A DNA stretch of 64,000 bases from Amoebidium appalachense (taxonomy: Eukaryota > Protista > Ichthyosporea): the NCBI GenBank assembly GCA_963693365.1, contig CAVNZM010000009.1, forward strand, positions 2,296,231 through 2,360,230, given 5' to 3'. This document shows, piece after piece, positions 1-37,736 of this stretch. The first letter of the stretch is position 1. The number at the start of each line of letters is the position of its first letter. A program made the position numbers and the translations under genes. The notes under the pieces were generated by a model. It was given only the letters and a program-made list of their open reading frames with translations. It did no database searches and was not told the DNA's origin.

Positions 1-583
1 ATGGGTGCTGGAGTATAGGTAGTGTACAGTTGGGGCTCCATTAAGATGTGTGAAGGGGGTCCATACCGACGGGGGAGGAAGAGCGGGGGGGGGGGGGGGG
101 GGGGGGAAGAGGAAAGGGGGGAGGGGGGGGGGGAGGGGGGGGGGGGGGTCCGAGCAGGGAGGGTGGGGAAGGAGGATCGGGGGGTTGAAGGACATGCTAT
201 TTGTGGAAACTTTGAAGTGGAAGCACGGGAACCCCGGGAAGGGGGGAGGGGTGGGTGGGTGGGTGGGTGGATGGGGGGGAGGGGGGAGGGGAGAGGGGAG
301 AGGGGTAGGGGGGGGGGGGGGGGGGGAGTCACAGAGAAAACGCCCATTGAAAAAGGAGGCCGGTGGCTGCCTGGGAACGTGGGGAGGGGCAAGAAGGGGA
401 GGGGGGAGGGGGGGGGGAGGAAAAGAGAGAGGGAAGGGGCGGGAGGGGGGGGGGGGGGGGGGGGGACAATCATTCAAGGCAGTCGATAGATCCGGAGTAC
501 CTGTGGTGGAGCATTGGGTATGGGTTGCGATTGCATGTGTGGTTGGGTTTTGCTAAAGCCGTGGTGAGAGCCTGGATACGTAC

Positions 584-16121
<15,538 letters not shown>

Positions 16122-16559
16122 CTTCACCTCCACACAGTAAGCTGTGCAACCTTTGCCATGTCACTCAAGGACTTTAATGAGCTGCTTTGATTAGCTAAAA
16201 TTGAAATAATTTCCTTTTGGGTCTTCTTCGAGAAGAAAAAATACAGACTTTTGTGTGCTTCCTGCGAAGCTCTCGCAGATCTGGTTGGGAGGGGGCTGGA
16301 GAGTCGCGCGTTTGCGAACCAAGATCTGTTGTGCCAAAAAAAAGAAAGACGGGTATAATTGTGAGAAAACACAGATGGAAAAAACTAACGCCGTATTTAG
16401 ATAGTATTTGAAACAAGAATTAGGGGAACTTTCAGTGTTTGTTTGTTCTGTACGTCCGAGGCATCTGCTTCTCATGTTTTACTTTCGAGCACACAAGTGA
16501 CTTGGTCATGAAGGGAGGAGGGGGCCCGGAGCCAGTGGGGCCCGGGCACAGCGCACCCA

Positions 16560-16700
16560 TGAACAGTCCAAAGTGATGCCGAATGAGCCAATCAAAGACA
16601 TCGATGCAGTTACAGCCAATCGGATGGTGCCGGGATCTTGCCTTATATGGTTGCTCCAAAGGTCGTCCAGCCGGCGCGGCTTGAAAAAATCAACAGGCAG
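16560..16700. promoter_or_regulatory. Probable bidirectional promoter with paired CCAAT boxes
   Basis: AGCCAATC at 16586-16593 and 16614-16621 plus a CG-rich patch, roughly midway between divergent ATGs at 16121 (-) and 17059 (+). Confidence 0.55.
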
Positions 16701-17058
16701 CTCACGTTTTTCGTTTGATCGAGGGAGGGAGGGAGCCACGTAGGGGACTGAGAAGAAGAGAGACAGGCAGACAGAAAAGCACAGAGTGGCACATGGCCGA
16801 ACAATATATGCATTTGCTCTGAGTAGGTCGTGCGTTTAGACGTTTAGGTAGAGCTAAAGGGTGGGCCTATCTCACAGATCTCAAGTCCATGTTACTACCT
16901 ATGCTTGTATGCTTGGCAGAGCTTCTTGCTATCCGACTTTCACTGAGGTTGTGAAAGAAGATCTGAGAGCATTGAATGCTCAAATTCACTGAGATTGCTG
17001 CTATATGTGTCAAAAACAATTGACATAATTCATACCGTTTAGGCTCAAAGGAGTCAAG

Positions 17059-19874
17059 ATGGTTTTCAACTTCAAGAGGCCAGGTGCCTCGTTTCGGTCT
17101 GGGCGGAAGCACTCCAACGGAGGAATGCCTGGACCAAAAACTCGCACATCCCTCTCGCTCGCTCAGGGTTTGCGTAACAGCCTGCCCCGAGGTTTGCTTA
17201 GCACGTCTCTGGTGACAAGATCACGCGCCCCTGCAGCTGAACTCTCTAGGGGCGCATCACTGATCACTGCAAACGAGCATCGGCGAAATTCACGCCAGCC
17301 CAGAGCCAGAATTGCCAACGATCTACAAATCGTTTCGTCGATCATCGGTAACAGCAGAGTAACTACATTTGCAGCAAGGAAGCCTGCAGCTGACGTTCGC
17401 CCACACGAAACCATTTCAAGTTTACCCGTAAGGTCACAATCACCAAGCACTGATCCTCAGATGCCTAGTCACGGTGCTGACAGGGTCACACCAGCTTTCC
17501 AGCCGTCTTCGTGTCTAAGAAAAGCTAACGGGGATAACGCGACAAAGATCTCCATGCAGCCACGTCGTGTTCGGGTGCAGTCTCCTAAACTTCATACAGC
17601 AGGTGCAGGGTTAAAGCGTCAGATCTACTCTCCAGAGACTCCTGGGCCTTCTAGCCCACAAGGTATTGAAAACCCCAGATCATGTTGAAAATGGCATGTG
17701 CAGCTGCTGTTCAAGTCTGGGATCGTCACAGTGTCTTGGTTCCAGTGACACCTATTATAACATGTATGAGAATGACATAGGCTATGATTATTTACTATTA
17801 CTATGGTTACACTGTGCATACAACTACATAGCGTAGTATGCTTCGGCTTCTAGGACTCCCAAATATGATACGCCGTAACGGTTGCTCTACAATTGCAACC
17901 TGACAGCGCTCAGTAGTAACCTCAGTATAGAGTGCCTGAAGGGATCTCTGAAGCCCAGCCACAACAGAAAAATCAGTTATTATAAAGTTGATATAGGGCC
18001 TCAGGTGATAGCTACCATCAGACAAATTCCGATTCGTAATTACAGACTCTAATTTAAAAGATGCACCCCGGCGCAGGTGGTGTCCGGCACGATGACCTAC
18101 AGGCTCACCGAGACGAGAATATTCACAACCCATGCACAATGGTGGCACCAACCGCACTTGGTGAGAAGACATCTGCGTCTGTTGAAGCTGCCGCAGCGAC
18201 CGCAGCTTGTCCCCCTCAACGTGATGCCACAGCCATCTATCAGGAAAAAAAGACCAGGTAATACTATGTTGAACTTGAGTATCTATATGTTATCTAGAAC
18301 AAGGCCAGTAACTAGTAGTTCACAAGTGCACGTTTAGTAATATTGTCGTTTTTTACATTTTTTGGTTACTGGTATTTATTTAATTGTTAGGTAAATTAGT
18401 GTTCTTCTTCGTTTTCTTCTTCTTCTTCTTGATCCCCCCTCCGCCTCCCCCCTCCCCCTTCCCCCCCCCCCCCCCCCCCCCCCCCCCGCCGCGGGGTACG
18501 CCTCCCCCCTCCAAGTGGCCCAATATTTGAGTTTTCGAACGGCCGTGTTTATTGTTGTTGGCATGTGGCCATGGTTGTGTTGTATCCCCTACTTTGCAGT
18601 TGTTGAGTGCGCAGCACAGTAGCTAGGCTACGGTCACGGTAGTGTGTCTGTGTGCCGGTGTCTGCTTACAACATGTGGCTTTCCGCGGGCGACTTGTGAT
18701 GTGGTTTATGTGTTGTATAATACGCAGTGTGTTAGGGTCATGGTCTACGCCACTGTACCATCGATATATATCTGAGGCTTCCACTTGAAAGAACACAATG
18801 GAGTCTCAGATGCATGCAATCAGCCTTGCCAACACTGAGACTTATCCCAGGAAGTTGTGAGTCCTTGGGCTGAACCCGAATTGGTAGGGGGGTGTGATTC
18901 ATAATGTCGGCCACCGCTGACTGGAAATTTTACGGTGCTTTACAAAACCTAATGCATTCGGTTCACCGTGTACCGTTGGCAATGTTCAACGTTGCCACAG
19001 GAACGAGGCAGATGACAGTGACTGGCTCTTGAAGAAGTTTCCCTCCAGTGTCTGGGACACTCCTTCCGTCGTTCCATCCTCTCCTACAAGGGGTATGTGC
19101 ACGTGGTTTACAACGTAGATTCAGTTGCTCGCTCTAACATTGACTGAGTGCCAGTGTGAGGCATACTGCTGCAGGCGGCTGTTTGCCAAAACGGCTTTGA
19201 TTGCATAGTGAATGAGTATGTATATATATGATGTCCATAAACCCGTGATCTGACATGGAGGGGTGCAGATGAGCAGAGCTTCATCACACCAGCGCAGGGT
19301 CTCTATGAACTCCTTGAGGAAATCCCCTTCAGCAGTTGCAGCGATAACACATCGACATTTGCAATTGAAGACTACAGCAACGGCACAGACACTCCTGCTT
19401 TCCCTGCTGTTACCCCACTCCCACCGAAGGACATATTTGCACACGATAACAATGATTGGCTAACTTGGCAACCAGCCTGGGAGTGCAGCCTGCAGCTGGG
19501 GCTAGGCACAGAGCATCAACCAGGTGTGCACTTCCTCAACCCCAGAACTTGCTCCAGATCTAACGGCTTCAATCCCTCCTCCCCCCCCCCCCCCCCTCCG
19601 GATCCCCCCCCCTCACTCCCCCCCCTCCCCCTCCCCCCCCCCCCCCCTCCCCCCCCCTACCATCCCCGCGCGGAGGCCTTCCGGCATTTACGCCGTTAAA
19701 TGCACATTATGTCACACTGTACATGCGCACACGCTGCGACAAAGTTGCGCACAAACCCACTCAAGAACCCCCCCCCCCCCCCCCCCCCCCCCTCCCCCGA
19801 AGGCTCTCCGGCACCTACTCTTACACATACATGCAGGCACGCTATGACAAAGTTGCACCCTCCCCCTCCCCCCC

Positions 19875-19931
<57 letters not shown>

Positions 19932-19977
19932 AGTTTCCCCCATCCCCCCCCCCCCCCCCCCCCCCCCCCCGCCACCA

Positions 19978-20018
<41 letters not shown>

Positions 20019-20148
20019 CCAAAAAATAAAAAATAAAATGGGGAGGCGAAAACAAGCACGGAAAGGAAATGAAAAAAGAGAAGAGAAAAAGAGAAAAAAA
20101 ACTTAACAGGAAAGCCACATTGAATGCACAAACACATGCACCAGTGAC

Positions 20149-20185
<37 letters not shown>

Positions 20186-21716
20186 ACTTTGTAATGTCCA
20201 GAAGCATACCCACCCAAACAAAAAACGCTTGTAACCTTTCGGGGCGAGCAGAAAATTGGCGCAAAATCAAAGAAAAAAGCGGCTTGTCGCACCTAATACC
20301 CAATAGCCATTCACTGTATGTAGGCTTATTATTCCATATTTAGTAACGACAAGTTGTTCGTTCTTCTTCAAACGGGACGCGTACACATGTTCACTCGACA
20401 TAGTGTATATGTAACCAGCAAGGCTTAACATGATGGCTGATGCTTACCTTTGCTTCCTGCACAGATTGCGAATCCCTTTGTTCAAAAGCAAGCACCAACA
20501 CCATGGCCAGCAGCACAAACACTGCCCCAGCGTCTTTTAACTCTATGGAGGTATCTGCAAACACCACGTGCACACCTGCTGAGCAAGGGAAATGTGTGCC
20601 AACACTCAACTCAACCACGTGCACGGAGCAGTGCCTCAGAAGCCGAGACATAGAGCCTCAGCCCACAGCTGTTATGCTGGATTCGGAAACTGTAATTTGC
20701 CAAGGCATCAGCAAAGCTTCCGAATCTGTCACAACACTCACAGAGGTGCGCAAAATTTGTGTCGAAGAATGCATGTGGTATGTCTACTGTAGACCCGGCC
20801 CACTGCAGTGTTAATAATGTTATCATTGTGCCTGTATCACTTACTCGGCCCTGAAAATGCGTGATACTACTATGTAAGTAGAACACAAAGCTTAAGGATT
20901 TGCTGACTTTCAGTTAACTTCTTCCACTGCAGGGCAGTGACCACCAAGAAGTCATTCCCGAAGAGACTTGTGCCCATCAACAAACACAGCTCCCACTCTC
21001 ACCTATGAAGGTATACGTTCTCCTATCCGCTGACCATATACACGGACATGTGTACTTTGGTGCTCAATACGGCCAACATGACATGTGCACGTGATGTCCG
21101 TTTTACTAATATGCGTCACAGTGCACTCCGATCGATCACTACTTAAGCCTTTTTCCATACCAGCCGGCCTGACTCACTGAGCACTAAAAATTCACACCAA
21201 AATTAAACCCAAAACTCATCCATTTTTCGCGAACGACATTGGCCATTTTTTTTTTTTTCAAATATGGAGCATGAGACTACGGAAGGTTTGGTGCTTGAAG
21301 CTCTACTCAGTATACACCGATGATATAGTCTAAGAAACTGAACTTGCGCCTTTTGTTCCCAGACACCACCTCCACTGCCGCCTACTACACCGCAAGACGT
21401 TACAGTGAGTGAAGCCATCCCTCGTGAAGACGTCAATCGGTCGCCTCCTGTTCCCGAGCATTCAAATGTCAACGACACCAGAGCACCACAGCCTTACTGG
21501 AACCGCTTCAGAGCACTCAGGAAAAGGCAGACAGCTCCCATACCCAACGTGCTTGCTCATGCGGACAGTCTCCACTCCAAAAAGCAAGCAGCACTGAGGG
21601 ATGCCACAAGATTATCCGAGGCCCTGTTGCAGATGGAGAGTACTGCCTGCTACCATATTCTGATGTCCCATTTGTACAGAGTGGATCTGAAAATACCCAG
21701 CCCCAACGGGCAGTAG
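17059..21716 (+). CDS. Hypothetical Ser/Thr/Pro-rich, probably disordered protein (about 614 aa, 7 exons)
   Basis: Phase-consistent GT-AG chain: 17059-17662, 18077-18257, 19001-19092, 19269-19523, 20465-20745, 20933-21010, 21363-21716 (stop). No recognisable domain; start codon and some donors are uncertain. Confidence 0.55.
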
Positions 21717-22059
21717 CAGACGGTCTAAAGGATTATGAATCATAACTACGATCCAGACATAAACTGCCACGGCCCACTGAATGAGTATTTAAACCACGGC
21801 AGAGTATTGTATTATTTGTATAGTATAACTACATAACAGTTCTCGTGCCATTTACGAAATTGCAATAGGCCCTACCAAAGACCGTTGGGCAAACGATGCG
21901 GGGGTTGCACACGTGTCGAGTTGTACAATAGGCACTGTAAAGATGCCCTTGTTTACGGCAGGTCTCATAGCCGGGACTGTATACTCAAAAATCAAACTTT
22001 GCTAATGGGGAATCTTCTTGGGATCATCTCTTCCCAGCTTACCCGCTCCTCCTCCTCCG

Positions 22060-22102
<43 letters not shown>

Positions 22103-22483
22103 ATACACCCACCTCCCCCAACCCCCACTGCCCTCGATTTTTCTCTCTGCTTGCTGCCCTCCTACAGACTGAGTCTCAAACCTCCACTTGTACTCTGCTC
22201 CCACGGTGACAGTACATACCTGCTGCCCGCGAACTATGAATACTCGATGTGCACTGTATTGTATTCCTCACACTGCTCAACACTAGTACTGCATTGATTC
22301 ATCGCCCTTACTACCCGGGTTCAACACAAAACGTTCTTGTCGGGCCGAAGAATCCGTGGCGACAGGAGCTGTCGGCCTGTCTACCTCCCGTCTTTCTGTC
22401 CCCCCTTCTCCCTCTCCCTTTCCCTGTGGCTCTCTCGGTCCCCTTCCCTCACTGCCTTCTCACTCACTCACACTCTCCGATGA

Positions 22484-22517
<34 letters not shown>

Positions 22518-22597
22518 TCAGCACGGTGACTGTACACACACACACACGTGCAAACACACAGTCACACACACACACACACACGCACGCACACACACAC

Positions 22598-22688
<91 letters not shown>

Positions 22689-23266
22689 CACACCTTCACT
22701 CACCGTGACACACACACACACACACCGGCACCCGTGACGTGACGTGCACAGGCAAGCGCACACACACACACACACGACGCACACAGACTCTCTTCCTCCA
22801 CTCTCCCCCCTCTCTTTCGCCCTTCTTTCTTTCTCAATCTATCTCCCCACCCCTCCACCTCTCTCCCCATCCCCATCCTCCTCCTTTCTCCCCAATCAGG
22901 GGCCTTTCCTTCTCGACGCTCGCAGCTCCCTCCCGAGTCAGCTCTCAGCTACCTCCCTCGGCCGCACAAATGTGCACGTACATGCATCTTGACTCTGGCG
23001 TGACCAGCTGCATGAGAGGGGGTTTATGCACTTTGTATTGCTGCGGACATCGTCAGGGGCCCAGCCTCACTTGACGGACTACAGCGTTTTCCAGCGCAGC
23101 CAATCAAATGCAGCTAGTGACTTAAATACACTGTATGCAATAAAACAACCCTAGTATAGATTATGGATAAGCAGAAGCTGGCATTGGTAGCTCCGAGAGA
23201 AAGTTAAGACACCGTATCACAATATCATACTGTGCAGCATTAATAAGGTGATCTAACACGGTCATT

Positions 23267-24900
23267 TTAAAAAAGGATATACTGGGGGAGAGAAGTAGAA
23301 AAGAGAATAAAGCCGCCCATAACCTCCGGTTCTACCACATTAGCTAACAGGTCACACTTATTGATAGATATGCATCCGCGAGTAAACCGCCCCCCACACA
23401 TATTACACATACGAGCAGGAGACACCAAAAACCGATTACAACGCCAAGACATAATTATCTTTGCATATTTATACGACACAACATCATGAATAAGCGAATC
23501 TATATAGGAGCGAGATTGTCTAACCGTATCCGCCATATAGGTAGCCTACTAGTAGATGGTGTTTTTGCTGACCTAACACTGGGACGGACTCGACACGTAA
23601 AGTAAAAAGGTATCTATCAGCCATAGACTTACAACTATTCATAGTCACACTATGGTCCAGCCGTACCTCCGGTGGAGTCGCCAGCCACTCCGCATATCGC
23701 TCGACAATGGGCAGAGACGATGTGGAAGGGAAGAGGTAGAGGGGCGAGTCCGGCGGGGATGCCGTAGCCGGAAGAGTGGATGGGTCGGGGCAATGGCGGA
23801 TAGGCGGATGCACATGATGTGCTCGTGAAATTTAAGGGCTAATTCGTGTATGCGTTGTGATGGTGGTGTGAGTGCGTATAAAAAATCGAAAAGGCGTCTA
23901 GAAATAGGTGTGGAAAGGCCAGTGCCACGGTAAGAAACGTACAACAAGTTGTGTAGTGGAAGTCATCTAGTGATTGAGAACATTTGCAACGGTATCAAGG
24001 GGTGCCATAGCTAATAAAGGCAACCCGTACTCAGACAAAGGGCGAATAAAGGTGTGAAATATACCAAGACGGTTGTGTAAGTGTACAGTAGTAGAAAGAT
24101 TAGCAAGATACACGTCCCTAAATAAACGAAGACACCTGCCTGCACTCGACCACCCGACGGTCGACCATCCGTTTGAAACATATGCCCCACTCATCCACCG
24201 GAACCCCCAAATACTTTATTCGATCGGGCGAGGGAGGGGACTGCCGAATATCCAAACGTCGTCCCATGCCGGTATCGATTTTGATAAAAGGGCACACTTT
24301 TTGACGTTAACCTTCATATCGTTGCGCTGGCACCAATCTTCAACCACGCGAATATATATATTGCCGTAGTTCGATAGGATCGGATGACATAAGCACGTCG
24401 GCAAAAAAGAGGGCGGGGGGAGCCTGGGATGGCAACCCCCCGTCAATTTGTGCCGCAGAAACTTTTAAGAGCGTCGGCTAAATCATCAATATACAGGTTG
24501 AAAAGAAGTGGGCTTAGCAGGGACTTTTGAAGTACCCCGCGCGTGCGGGTAAACCCTGGGGATAGCCGCCCATTAACCACCGCCCGTCCGCGTGTAAACG
24601 TAAACATAGCTTCCAGTAGCCGACCCATTTGAAATGGGACACCGCGAGTGGCCAACTTGGCCCACAGGCGAGGGAGGTCGACCGTGTCGTACGCGTTCTT
24701 AAAATCGATAAATACGAGGTGCTCGGTATCACTTTGAGTTGCATTATGTAGGGTGAGGATTTGTGCGTAACAGGATTTGTGCGTAACAAATAGAGAAGAC
24801 TACCCTGAAAAACGTGGAGGCCAGAGTCAGACGCTTTACAGCTAATCCAAGTGCAAACCCCAGCTAATCCAACCTCCAACAACAGGATATACGTCAAGTT
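23267..24900 (-). mobile_element. Degenerate, 5'-truncated non-LTR retrotransposon (LINE) RT and C-terminal region
   Basis: Minus-strand RT motifs spread over several frames: LHVFQG...AQILTLH, LVFIDFKNAYDTVD, RGVLQKSLLSPLLFNLYIDDL, LFFAD-VL (one Asp of the FADD motif missing), WCQRNDMKVNVKKC, FHTFIRPLSEYG, and C-terminal CNMCGGRFTRGC. Contains in-frame stops and frameshifts. Confidence 0.9.
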
Positions 24901-25579
24901 AGAGTTTCAGGTACTGTGGTTTGCACCAGGTACCGGGGTCTCACTCGACCACGGCCACAATGATAATCAAGCTTCCTGTTGGTGTATTGGTGCGTTAGCT
25001 TCGATAGCCAATACAAAAGCGCTAAAATGTGCTATTTCTCCTCTGATTAGCTTACAATCACGCCTTTGATTTAACTTGTTACCAGGAATGTGCAGCTATA
25101 GCTAAAGAACAAGAGGTTGCGTTTTTGCACAGTCTTGCAGATTTCAGACTGTTGAGCGTAGCGAGATAATCACATGCTCATAAGGGTGGTTCAGATCGTT
25201 GATCATATGCCAAAATCTATTTTAAATAAAATTTCTTATTAAATAACCTCTTGGAGTACGAGTGTTGTTGTTTGAGGTGTGTGTTTAGTAATGCTGTGAC
25301 CGCTAGGAGATAGACCTGCACTCGCATTTTGGGATCACATCTCGCGCACATTCCACAGGGCATAGCAGTTTGCAACTTGAGCTCCAGGGTGTCAAAATAA
25401 TGATTGCGCCTGCCAGCTGGCTACACAAAGGAACTCACCTATACAGCACTAACTTTCCACTTAAAAATGCCAGGGAAAAATATTGGCGAAAGGCTTATAT
25501 ATGTGCATCCTGCAAACTTTTTTTGAAGCCACACTTTAACAGAACTTGTACATGTTCAGCTGTGAGCGGATTCATCACC

Positions 25580-25750
25580 ATCACGCGCGCACGCCGCACG
25601 GTACCGCGGCCGGCGCACTGTCGCGGTGGCGCGCCGCCGCGGCGCCGGGCCGGGCGCGGTGGTGACCGTGGCGGCGGACAGTTGCCGGGCACGAGTATCG
25701 ATCTTGACTCACTGACTCACTGAGGCGTGAAGCTCAATCAGTCAATCATA
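25580..25750. promoter_or_regulatory. Very GC/CpG-dense patch, probable promoter of the RGS gene
   Basis: About 110 bp of near-pure G/C rich in CGCG/GCGC, followed by two TCAATCA motifs; lies about 0.8 kb upstream of ATG 26504. Confidence 0.4.
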
Positions 25751-26503
25751 AGCTGCAACCATGATAGTCAACGTTAACGAACGTAGATAGCTGCAGGAGT
25801 CAGCCTACTTAGTAATGTCCTGTTTATATGATTTGGCGTTTATTCTCTATTGTTTGATTAGTGTGGTTTAATGTGCAGTGAATACTTACTTAGTCCTTCA
25901 TCTATGCACCTGAGCATTAGTTGCACGTCTCAGATGGCACGTGGCTCTTGGCGAGGTTTCTAACTTGAAGGCCCCACCCATCATGAAGCCATGACTTGGA
26001 GCTCCAGAATTTGGGCACACCCCCTCGTGGGCACCAAACGTACTTAGCACTGAAATGCGCGCCACACACGTATACACTAATAATTCTCGTTGAGGACAGA
26101 TAACCTAGCACCTGGGCGTTCGAACTCAAAGGGGTTTGAAAGTTTAGAGGAGGCGAGTGATCGATTGAAGTCTGGTTGCATGACGGCTTCTGGGAAAGAT
26201 AGGCGCTTTAAACTATTATGTTGGAAATACGGAGATCACGAAGTTCTTCTGACCTTCGTGGTCTCGCCTCGCCTCATAAAGGAGCAGCCTTTATACAGGT
26301 AACGAACCACGACAAATAACTCGCTTTGGTCTTCCCATTACTGAATGTCTATAAGGCTAGGAAGACGTCCTCCTCCTCTTTCCAACGATGCTAGCTGGAA
26401 TTCCCCTTACCTTTGAAATGTGTTCTTGTCTGATCAGGCGTGTCACCATGTGTTTGCTCTAAAACCTGCTTTTTACAACCAGAAAACTCAGCAGCTCGCT
26501 ACA

Positions 26504-34607
<8,104 letters not shown>

Positions 34608-34917
34608 AATTGAAATATATGTTGAAGGAACGTACGCGTGTTTGGACGCATACCCCTGTACATGTTGTGAGCGATAATGCTTAAATACTATGAATGAAAT
34701 AGCTCGGTATGCATGCGGGTGGTTAGCGCTAGGCTTCGATCATGTACGTATGGTGGCATTATGCTGAAATTCAGAATTGTATAGTACACTTGTGTTTTTT
34801 TTGCCTCCTGACATAACAGTTTGTAAAAGCAAGAATGGAGGGTAACCTTGAGGTGGGGAGTATGTGCTGGTGGTATTTTTCAATGTCGTTTGTTGCCCAC
34901 ATTTTTTTTTTTTTTGT

Positions 34918-34949
<32 letters not shown>

Positions 34950-35143
34950 GAAGGTGAGGGGGGGGGGGGGGGGGGGGGGGGGGTGTCCTCTTGCCTTCTC
35001 TAGCTCGGTTGTTCTTTTTGCCATGTGCAGCTTTGTATAGCATACATAATGGAAAAGTGTTTGGTGTGCAATTGCAGTACTGAGGAAGCTAACTAGGCTT
35101 GCATGCATGTGCCCGGGGCCGAAGTTTGGGCGGGCTGGGCGGG

Positions 35144-35190
<47 letters not shown>

Positions 35191-35380
35191 TAAAAGAGTC
35201 TCACGATCGAGACACGTCACAAATGCATAGGAAACACTTTTAAAACAAAGTGACTATCAAATTAATATTTTTCACATACGATACATAATTCAAGCTGACC
35301 CGGCCTACTGTCGTATTTAATAGAGAGTCTGAACAGCTTATATTACCCCCCCCCCCCCCCCCCCTCCCCCCCTCCCCCCC

Positions 35381-35437
<57 letters not shown>

Positions 35438-35724
35438 ACCCCCGGCCCTACGGGCCGTGATCACCTCGGTGCATGCATGCTGTTGCGCACACGGACATCG
35501 AAGAATTTGGAATCGAAGCCATAACCTTTTTCTTGTCTTGTACTCCTGAGTCCTGTGGTCTGAGTAGATGAGAGAGATTTTTCTCCTTTCCAACCTCTAG
35601 CTAGACTCCAGCTAGAGGCTGCTACCCCGCGGGCATGCAGGCATCGTGCTGGTGGCACAGGCTCAGCTGCTTGTGATGCTGGGGTGCACAGGTGCACACA
35701 TCCGGGGCTGGGGCCAGCCGCAGG

Positions 35725-35830
35725 TCTGACGCGCGACGCGGCGCATCAAAAATTCATTCCAAAATAATCCCATTCGATTGGCTGTAAGTCAGTTTTGCGC
35801 CCTGTGATTGGTGCAGCCAGCATCGTCTAC
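35725..35830 (+). promoter_or_regulatory. PP1 promoter with paired inverted CCAAT boxes
   Basis: GATTGG at 35776-35781 and 35806-35811, preceded by a CGCG-rich patch, about 370 bp upstream of ATG 36184. Confidence 0.55.
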
Positions 35831-36183
35831 GCACGGCAGAGTTTGGAGCAGCCTAAATACAGTACGTGCCACTTCAGCTTGACTTTTTGCTCTCTCCCTC
35901 TCCTGTTTTACATCCTCGCCTTTTCTCAGCTGTCACGATAGCTATCAAAATTCGAGTTCTCTCCTGGTGTTATATGACGGTTTATGCGTAAGCCTAGGCT
36001 GGCACGAGAACGGAAAAAAGAGCTAAATTCTGTTGTCGGACCTTTTTCAGGCGCCTCCATGTTTGAACGACTTGGTAGTTGAAAACAAACAAGCACAAGT
36101 GCTCGCAGATTGTAAAAACCCTTTAGGAATTGCTTCTTCTCCTCACCAGCTTTACCACTGCTAATATTAGCTTTATTTTGAGA

Positions 36184-37702
36184 ATGGGTGATACAGATTT
36201 CGATGTTAATGCCATCATAGCCAAACTTCTCGAAGTTAGAGGGCAGAAACCTGGCAAACAAGTAGTGCTCAGAGAGTCTGAAATCGCCCAACTATGTCAG
36301 CGCGCGCAGCAAATCTTTCTCTCACAACCGTTTCTCCTTGAACTCTCAACCCCACTGAAAATTTGCGGCGACATCCACGGGCAATACTACGACCTTCTTC
36401 GTCTGTTCGAGCACGGAGGCTTTCCGCCGGAAGCAAACTACCTCTTCCTCGGTGATTATGTCGATAGAGGAAAGCAGTCACTCGAAACCATCTGTTTGTT
36501 GCTCGCCTACAAAATCAAATACCCAGAAAACTTCTTCCTTCTGCGAGGCAACCACGAGTGCGCCTCTATCAACCGCATTTATGGCTTTTACGACGAGTGC
36601 CAGCGCCGTTACAGCGTGAAACTATGGAAGACATTCACAGATTGCTTTAACACCCTTCCGGTTGCAGCTATAGTCGACGAGAAAATCTTCTGCTGCCACG
36701 GTGGTCTATCACCTGACCTGAAAAATCTCGACCAGATTCGACAAACACAGAGACCCCTTGATGTGCCAGACAACGGCATGCTGTGTGACCTCCTGTGGTC
36801 AGACCCAGACAAGGAAGTGACAGGATGGGCTGAAAATGACCGGGGTGTAAGTTGGACGTTTGGTACGGATGTCGTCGACGGCTTCTTGGCAAAAGAGGAC
36901 ATGGACCTCATCTGCAGGTGGGTGGTCTGGTCTACTTTTTCGAAGCACGTTTTAAACTGAGTGTGCTTGTGGGTGCCGCATAACCCAGTTCGCTTGACTG
37001 CTTTCTGTTCCAACACTGTCCCCTTGCTTTGTGTGCCCTTGTTGCTGCCGACTGTCTGCTGTTCTACCAGGAAACGAAGAGCCATGTTATGTGAGCAGGG
37101 GATGCAGAGACCACATGCACGCACACACATGCACAGACCCCCGTGTTCCCCCACCCACACAAAAAAGACGCTAGGCGCACACACATATATATACACCCAC
37201 ACCCCTGCCCACGCACGCATGTGCACGCACGCACACACACCCTCATACACAGCCACGTGCATCACGCATACACACACACACACAAGCTAGTCGAATAACA
37301 TAGGCGCTGCAAGTTCAGAACAGTGTTGTAGGCTGGGGGGGGAGGGGAAGAGAGCGCGGGGTTGGGGGGGGGGGGGGGGGGGGGGTGGGGAGGAAGGCAA
37401 CTTCCCAGTTCCATTCTTGTTTGTTTGAACTACCCCCCCCCCCCCCCCCTCCCCCCTTCCCCCCCCGCGGTTACCACTTTCAGTACTTCCATCCAAACCG
37501 TGTACAACCCTCTACCTCACTGCACCACCTTTTAAAATACGCATGCATATCTCTGGGTTTTTTGCCCTTTGCCCGTTTTGCCACCGTTAGGTGAGCTTAA
37601 GGGACTCGCACATCGGCTGAGAGTCCCAAATATGCGTTTGCAAAAATGGTCAATGAACTCTAACTCAAGCGCCAGGGCTGGGTGGGGGAGGGCGCCCCCG
37701 GG

Positions 37703-37736
<34 letters not shown>

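Noticed and set aside
23069-23080. 12-mer ACTTGACGGACT shared with 39275-39286 near CCAAT motifs
   Set aside because: Many 12-mer matches are expected by chance in 64 kb, and the similarity does not extend.
25648-25662. GGCCGGGCGCGGTGG, identical to the 5' end of Alu/7SL
   Set aside because: Similarity stops after 15 nt and the region is almost pure G/C, so a chance match is likely.
36609-37283. Minus-strand ORFs overlapping PP1 and the transposase (also 39494-40204 and 41006-41692)
   Set aside because: Antisense shadows of real coding exons, extended by repeats.
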